A stretch of DNA of 5,799 nt from Prasinococcaceae sp. CCMP 1430 (taxonomy: Eukaryota > Plantae > Prasinodermophyta), in NCBI GenBank assembly GCA_013416795.1, contig RQSC01000268.1:1-5799 (forward strand), read 5' to 3'. Every line of letters starts with the position of its first letter. Positions within the stretch are counted from its first letter, which is position 1. A program made the translations under genes and the position numbers. Positions 1 through 4,684 of the stretch are shown here, in pieces. Below the pieces are notes generated by a model, which was not told the origin of the DNA, did not search any database, and saw only the letters and a program-made list of their open reading frames with translations.

Positions 1-377
1 CAGGTCAATAGACGAAGGGAAGCATCTAAGAAGGGTGTTTTAGGAAGGGGCCAGGCCATGGTCAAGAAAGAGCATGAATAATGCAAAAAGAATGTGCTAC
101 ACAAGCTAGAACGTATATATAAACGTCATACATCGATAAGAAAACGATGCTTCAGCTTTACCTGGCATGGCTGGCGTTACCTTGGCCCAGGCGGTGGCCG
201 CAAAATGGCGCATTGCGGCACACTAAACTTGTGCAGCATGGTCACTAGATTCGGCGATTTCTGGCCACCCTTGCACGTTTACGACTACAATGCATCATAA
301 AAAGTACGAAGCAACCGATATATCCCTTAAAATACGCCGGAAAGGTATTGCTGTCAACGTTTCTATCGTCCGGCCTG

Positions 378-449
378 ATCCCAGTTTTTTCCAGCAAGAA
401 CGCTGCCGACACCTATCAAATGGCCTTCCCGCGAACCAAAAATTGGGAT
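378..449. repeat. 12-bp inverted repeat with 48-nt spacer
   Basis: ATCCCAGTTTTT (378-389) and AAAAATTGGGAT (438-449) are 11/12 complementary. Confidence 0.6.
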
Positions 450-754
450 GTATGATCTTTAGGACATATAAAATCTATTTCTTAAGTTTGGCCAGCAAAT
501 TCGAACGCAAACGTAAATGCCATGCGTGTGCGCAAGCCGCCATGGCCAGGTCGTCGTTTTCCGGAATGCACGTTCTACGTGAAAAAGTACCCTGACCCCC
601 TGTACTTTGACGGTCCAGTACACCTGTTAAACTTGGTCCAAATATAGCAAACCCTAGGATGGTGCTGTGGAGAAACTTATAAACTTTCATTCTTCACAGC
701 AAAACTTTTCCAAATTCCCAATAGTATTCGCGGCATTTGGTCCCCCGAGAAGGG

Positions 755-798
755 GCCGATGCATCGGCTGTAAGTCGATTTTTGGCGGAAAATCGGCA
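755..798. repeat. Subterminal palindromes
   Basis: A perfect 14-bp palindrome GCCGATGCATCGGC (755-768) and an imperfect inverted repeat GTCGATTTT...AAAATCGGC (774-798) give four GYCGAT half-sites in two inverted pairs. Confidence 0.8.
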
Positions 799-819
799 GC
801 CAGACCATTTAGGGGTTAA

Positions 820-2022
820 CAGGGGAGCAGCTATGTCATCAGTGCTGCTGAACTTCAAGAGGGCAATTTAATCTGATCCAGAGGTGGCCAAGGAGAACTG
901 CAAGCAGGGTGAACCTTACTGTGCTGAGGTGCCTGCAATCTGAAAGCTGGAGCTGCATCAACAGTTCTTGGTCAATCTGAAGGGCCTGAAAGGATTCAGG
1001 TCAAGCCCCACATCATCTGAAGATTAATGCTGCAAGACACGCTGATCAGTGAGTGTGGTCTGAAGGTTTCTTCATTTGATCCCTGTTTACTGCTGGCCCA
1101 ATGGGATGGGTTACCAGTGTATGCTAGTTGCATGGATGTGATCTGCATTTGCTAGCACCCACGGCATTGTTGAAGAGATTCATTCCTGTCATCAGTGGCA
1201 AGTTGCCCTGAGCTGCTGAGCAAGGAGTTGTGGCAGGTGCCCAACCAGCCTGTTGTATTCTGTGGAATGCAGGCTACCCTGTTCAGGAAGGACAAGGAAT
1301 GGATAATCAGGCTTCATGATTGGTGGTGATTATAAGCAGGTCATTTTGAGGGCCTTGCCAGAGAAAATCACACTGATTGCCTGCCCTGAGTTGAGGGGCA
1401 TGAAGGCCTGGTTTGCCAGCATCTGTGGGCCTTTGTTGATGGTCCATTATAGGATGGCTGATGAGGTTCTCGTGGATGAGAAGCCTAGATTGATAGCCCA
1501 GTTGGTGGAGAGTTCCCCTGATTTGATTCTGTCTGGGATTGACTTTGCCCAGCCTATCACCTTGGAGATCTTTGTTGACAGCTCTATGGATGCTCGTCAG
1601 GTCACCAAGGTCAGGGGGAGGTCTGCTGCTCTGTATGTATTTTATCAGAGCAGGGCTAGTTTGTTTGGATGGTACAATAGGCTGCAGAAGAGGGTCTGTA
1701 TCAGTTCAGACGTGGCAGAATGCAGGGCCATTTGTGAGGGGATCCAGTCCAGTTTATCAAGTTAATGCTGGAGCTGACGTCAGTTGCCCCATGGTCATTG
1801 CAGCTGGAGATGTTGGTGCTAATAGACAGCATGGGTATGGTCCAGTTTGTTAAACTGTTGACTATGAGCCGGGATTTGGATTTGTTGCTGAGGGAGCTGG
1901 CCAGTTTGGTCGAGCTAGAGCACATCCCAGGCTAGGAGAACCCTGCTGATGCATTAACCAAGTTGCCACACAAGGCCCCAGCCCAGTACAATGTACTGAA
2001 GAAGCTCATGATTGCTGACTAG
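820..2022 (+). pseudogene. pol: Degenerate Ty1/copia pol fragment: reverse transcriptase (RVT_2-type) followed by RNase H
   Basis: Manual translation across frames gives copia motifs in the correct order. LLNFKRA (845-865) resembles QLDVKTAF. LKGLKGFRSSP (977-1009) resembles KSLYGLKQSP. GLKVSSFDPCLL (1057-1092) resembles GFxxSxxDPCLY. A damaged YVDD-equivalent lies at about 1126-1145, and FCGMQ (1258-1272) resembles FLGME. RNase H motifs are LEIFVDSS (D at 1577), WYNRLQKRVCISSDVAECRA (E at 1718, resembling WxSKKQxxVALSSxEAEY), LIDS (D at 1825) and HIPG*ENPADALTK (1921-1962, D at 1948). Stops occur at 869, 941 and 1933, with several frameshifts and a terminal TAG at 2020-2022. Track ORF 1316..1765 is one fragment of this gene. 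Confidence 0.88.
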
Positions 2023-2112
2023 TGTGTCAGCCTATCTGTCTAAAAGCTGAGAGCTGGGGGCCTCCAGTTTGTCAGGCTGAAGGCCTGATTGTACATACTG
2101 CTGGAGAACACC

Positions 2113-2122
2113 TTGAGGGGTG
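2113..2122 (+). other. Candidate polypurine tract / 3' LTR start
   Basis: TTGAGGGG followed by TG (2121-2122), about 90 nt after the pol stop, resembles the copia TTGAGGGGGAG-TG junction but is short. GGGGCCG-TGTTAAAG near 2278-2292 is an alternative. Confidence 0.25.
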
Positions 2123-2134
2123 AGACACTTTCTG

Positions 2135-2181
2135 GTGTGGGAGTGTCTGGATGAGGCATGTCCCTAGTGTGGGAATGTCTG
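2135..2181 (+). repeat. 15-bp direct repeat, period 32
   Basis: GTGTGGGAGTGTCTG (2135-2149) and GTGTGGGAATGTCTG (2167-2181) differ at one position. Confidence 0.75.
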
Positions 2182-2488
2182 ACACTGTCTCAGTTGGAGA
2201 AGTGTCCATCTGGGGTTTTCATCTCGTTCTGAGGTTTCCCCAGATTTGTGGTTATAGTGGGCGGGGTTCAACACCCCGGGGCCGTGTTAAAGCGGAGTTT
2301 CCCGGACCGGTTCCCCCGATTTTCCACGGTGGTGAATATATGAGGGCTGTATGCATGTGCTTCGCGTAGACTATACTGGTTCTAGAGGGGCAGCAGACCG
2401 GCGCCGACTGCCGACTGGTGGTCAGCAATGTTTCCTGATAACTGATGCTTGTGGGTGATCTGAGGGGTTTCGCCTAAGGTCCCGAAGG

Positions 2489-2656
2489 CTATGTACATCC
2501 TTCTAGGGATATCCAAGTTCTTTACTGAATGCCTATGGGCTGCCTCAGATGGCCAGCCTCTATGTACATGGGCAACACTTGCAGGTTCCCAGGATGGGAT
2601 AGGGACTCATTGTAATTTGTTTGTGCTCCTCCACCAGTAATGGGTGCTATGTACAT
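2489..2656. repeat. Three dispersed copies of CTATGTACAT
   Basis: The exact 10-mer occurs at 2489-2498, 2560-2569 and 2647-2656; the core ATGTACAT is palindromic. Confidence 0.8.
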
Positions 2657-2754
2657 ATGATCTTGAGAAGTCAACCCATCTAGCACCATATTGTGTTGTG
2701 TATATAACGTTTGTTCTGTGTGAGTTGCTTCAACTCAAGAAAAGAAAGGATTGG

Positions 2755-2870
2755 AGTTAACGCCAACCGCATTGGCGTGATCCTGGATCGCTATGTCTCT
2801 GCGATTCCAACGCCGTCGGAACGGAGTTATTCCGACGCGTATCGAGAAAGTTATGAACTTCCGACGTCCC
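2755..2870 (+). repeat. Structured palindromic module, copy 1
   Basis: AGTTA, hairpin ACGCCAA/TTGGCGT (2760-2778), TTCCAACGCCGTCGGAA (2805-2821), 25-nt spacer, AAAGTTATGA (2847-2856), GACGTCCC (2863-2870). Confidence 0.75.
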
Positions 2871-3222
2871 CGGTCGCTAGCGAGTGCGAGCCGGCTGCAC
2901 GCAAAGGTCGCATGCGAATATGTCGCCTATCTATTTATGGATATGGTGGGCTGACAGTGATTCCTGGGTCGACAGGAATTCTGTACCGCAGCTACGACGG
3001 TATTGGACCTCGTACGCAGGACTATTTACCTGAATCTGTGTGTCGTGGGTACCGCAGGCCTAGCATAGGCGTAGCGGGTGCAGATGCCACAATAATGTCA
3101 AGATTTCTGCACTATTTGCCGCGTTTTCAGCTGTCGACTTTTGCGTCTGGGACGCATTCTTCATCCGCTGGTAGCGGACTGCAGTTCTACTGTTTGTCTT
3201 AGCAATTAGGATGAAATTTCTG

Positions 3223-3263
3223 CAATACTTTCGATACATTTCACAATACTTCGATACATTTCA
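3223..3263 (+). repeat. Tandem duplication, 21/20-bp units
   Basis: CAATACTTTCGATACATTTCA (3223-3243) is followed directly by CAATACTTCGATACATTTCA (3244-3263). Confidence 0.9.
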
Positions 3264-3305
3264 GATTAATATGGTATTTCTCCCTTGGCCGATATAATAT
3301 AAATC

Positions 3306-3416
3306 AGTTAGCACATTGGGACGCCAATGTGCTAAATGCATAGTCCTGGTTAGGACCTTTCCAACGCCGTTGGAACCGCCTGAGACAGACAAGGGAGTCA
3401 AAAGTTATGACGTCCC
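3306..3416 (+). repeat. Structured palindromic module, copy 2
   Basis: AGTTA, perfect 12-bp hairpin TTAGCACATTGG-GACG-CCAATGTGCTAA (3308-3335), small hairpin GTCCT/AGGAC (3343-3356), TTCCAACGCCGTTGGAA (3359-3375), 25-nt spacer, AAAGTTATGA (3401-3410), GACGTCCC (3409-3416). Confidence 0.75.
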
Positions 3417-3455
3417 GAAGTCTGCCGCCTAGCTTGGCTTGGCAGTACCGCCTTG

Positions 3456-3966
3456 GTCACGTGATAGTCTGAGGCACGTGGCAGTACAGGAATTTATGAC
3501 CTGTCCTGCGCAGCACGTGGTGGCCAGACCATACGGGACAAGATCTGGGACGGATAAGCACTGGATAGTCCTCAGCCTGCAAGTTACAGGACCTGTGGTC
3601 CTATGATAGTTCAGCACAGTACCTCGAAGTCAATAGAGGACTTGCTGGACAGTCACAGGAACACAGGACTGACAGATCTTGCTGGACTAGGAACTAACCA
3701 GTGTGAGTCATACTTGGCAAATCCAGGACGTACATGCAAATGGACGTTATGGATTTGTTGTCACCCAGTAGCGGTCATCTGTCCTGCCAAGACCTTGCGC
3801 AAAGCAATGGAGGCATATAGCCATGGCAACCTCGTTGCCAAGGCGTCTCTTCTCTCGTGGCTCGCAGTCCACGGCTCGGTGCAACAAGGCACGTTCCCAG
3901 TTACAAACCTGGCTTGACTCCTGTTGTTGGAGAACCAGGTAGCTCACAAAGCTCACAGCACGTGAC
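3456..3966 (+). promoter_or_regulatory. Putative LTR / promoter region of the downstream retroelement
   Basis: Four CACGTG (G-box/E-box) sites at 3458, 3475, 3514 and 3959. A weak TATA-like CATATAG (3814-3820) lies about 30 nt before a pyrimidine-rich tract (about 3846-3855), and there is no ATG between that tract and 4010. Function is inferred only. Confidence 0.35.
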
Positions 3967-4009
3967 GGTGCTGGTGAGTTTAACTCGTATTATTGCGTTC
4001 CGACATTGA

Positions 4010-4684
4010 ATGACGGAGCGTGGAGCGTCAAGCGCTGGAGCGCACGTCGCGGCAGAACTGGAGAAGGAAGAAGCCATTGATTTCTATCCTTATTTCGAGC
4101 AGGAGGTGTCTTCAACCTTCGTGCTTGCAGCATACTTGAATGCGACTGTCGCGGGGCCGGATGATGGCCCGGAATCTGCCGATATCATTCCCCAGCTGAG
4201 AACCCAACTGCACGCCTCAACGTCGCGCGGAGACATAGTGCAGACGTCAGGCGAGACGCTGCTTCAAGAACGGCGTCTGATTGAAGGGTTGACCAGGTGT
4301 CTGGTGCAGGCATGGGGTCAGGGCTTTGTAGCCCCGGCTCAAACGGATCGGGCTCGTGATATATTGAGCCAGATCACTGCGATATCGCTGGGAGCAGTCC
4401 AGCGGTTTAACCAGATAGTCGCTGGAACGTCGCTGGGGGAGGGTGTCGCTACTCCGGAGTGCGTTCGCCAAGCGCAGGAGAGAGAGGCAAGCTTTCCCAA
4501 TCCGTCGCTGGAGAGTTTCACCCAAGTCGCGCATCGGCTTTCGGAGCTGGTTCTGGAGCCTACCAGAGAGCACGCTGGACGAGCTTTCGTGTCGCTTCAC
4601 CCTTTTGAGATTATCTTCTCAGAGGACGGGGTATACGACCAACGTGCGCGGCGCGGCGATGCCTCGCATCACGGAAATGAATGA
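4010..4684 (+). CDS. ORF1, 224-aa protein of unknown function directly upstream of and overlapping the gag-like ORF
   Basis: This is the longest closed ORF in the window. It starts with ATG at the end of a non-coding leader and has a protein-like acidic, probably helical composition. No recognisable domain. Confidence 0.6.
   Translation: MTERGASSAGAHVAAELEKEEAIDFYPYFEQEVSSTFVLAAYLNATVAGPDDGPESADIIPQLRTQLHASTSRGDIVQTSGETLLQERRLIEGLTRCLVQAWGQGFVAPAQTDRARDILSQITAISLGAVQRFNQIVAGTSLGEGVATPECVRQAQEREASFPNPSLESFTQVAHRLSELVLEPTREHAGRAFVSLHPFEIIFSEDGVYDQRARRGDASHHGNE

Larger units (their letters stand above)
1..819. mobile_element. Probable terminus of a piggyBac-like (TTAA target site) DNA transposon; other end not in window
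   Basis: The segment ends ...CATTTAGGGG-TTAA (GGGG 812-815, TTAA 816-819), which reads TTAACCCC on the minus strand, the canonical piggyBac terminus pattern. Inverted GYCGAT/ATCGGC motifs precede it (755-798). CpG-rich sequence switches to CpG-depleted copia sequence around this TTAA (last CpG about 794). No transposase ORF or partner TIR is visible, so the left boundary is arbitrary. Confidence 0.4.
820..2700 (+). mobile_element. 3' part of an old Ty1/copia LTR retrotransposon (pol remnant plus probable 3' UTR / 3' LTR)
   Basis: The pol remnant is followed by non-coding DNA that is mostly CpG-poor like the pol, except a CpG-rich patch at about 2260-2420 containing a TATA-like AATATAT near 2335-2341. 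The right boundary is only estimated from composition; there is no second LTR to compare. Confidence 0.5.

Noticed and set aside
94-690. Short ORFs 94..300, 290..595 and 475..690
   Set aside because: No recognisable motifs, mutually overlapping, and in a region better explained as a transposon end.
1316-1765. 149-aa ORF as a stand-alone gene
   Set aside because: It is one frameshift-bounded fragment of the copia pol pseudogene.
1539-1925. ORFs 1539..1853 (+) and 1701..1925 (-)
   Set aside because: Alternative-frame and antisense shadows of the RNase H region.
2147-2157. Hammerhead ribozyme core (CTGGATGAG)
   Set aside because: Does not match CTGANGA, and no properly placed GAAA or stems were found.
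2249-2278. tRNA/SINE-like A box (TGGTTATAGTGG) and B box (GGTTCAACACC)
   Set aside because: The boxes are only a few nt apart and no cloverleaf can be formed.
2489-2656. CRISPR array
   Set aside because: The repeat is only 10 bp, spacers are uneven, no cas genes are present and the context is eukaryotic.
2711-3202. 163-aa ORF
   Set aside because: TTG start, R/S/Y-rich unprotein-like composition, and it runs through the palindromic non-coding module.
3272-3285. tRNA-Met primer-binding site (TGGTAT...)
   Set aside because: Only 6 nt match TGGTATCAGAGC and it is not preceded by an LTR-terminal CA.
3429-3956. ORFs 3429..3617, 3603..3917 and 3747..3956
   Set aside because: Short, no motifs, within repetitive promoter/LTR-like DNA.
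3972-3990. Primer-binding site TGGTGAGTTTAACTCG
   Set aside because: Spacing does not fit the complement of a tRNA acceptor and T arm, and it reads better as a splice donor. A tRNA search is needed to exclude it fully.
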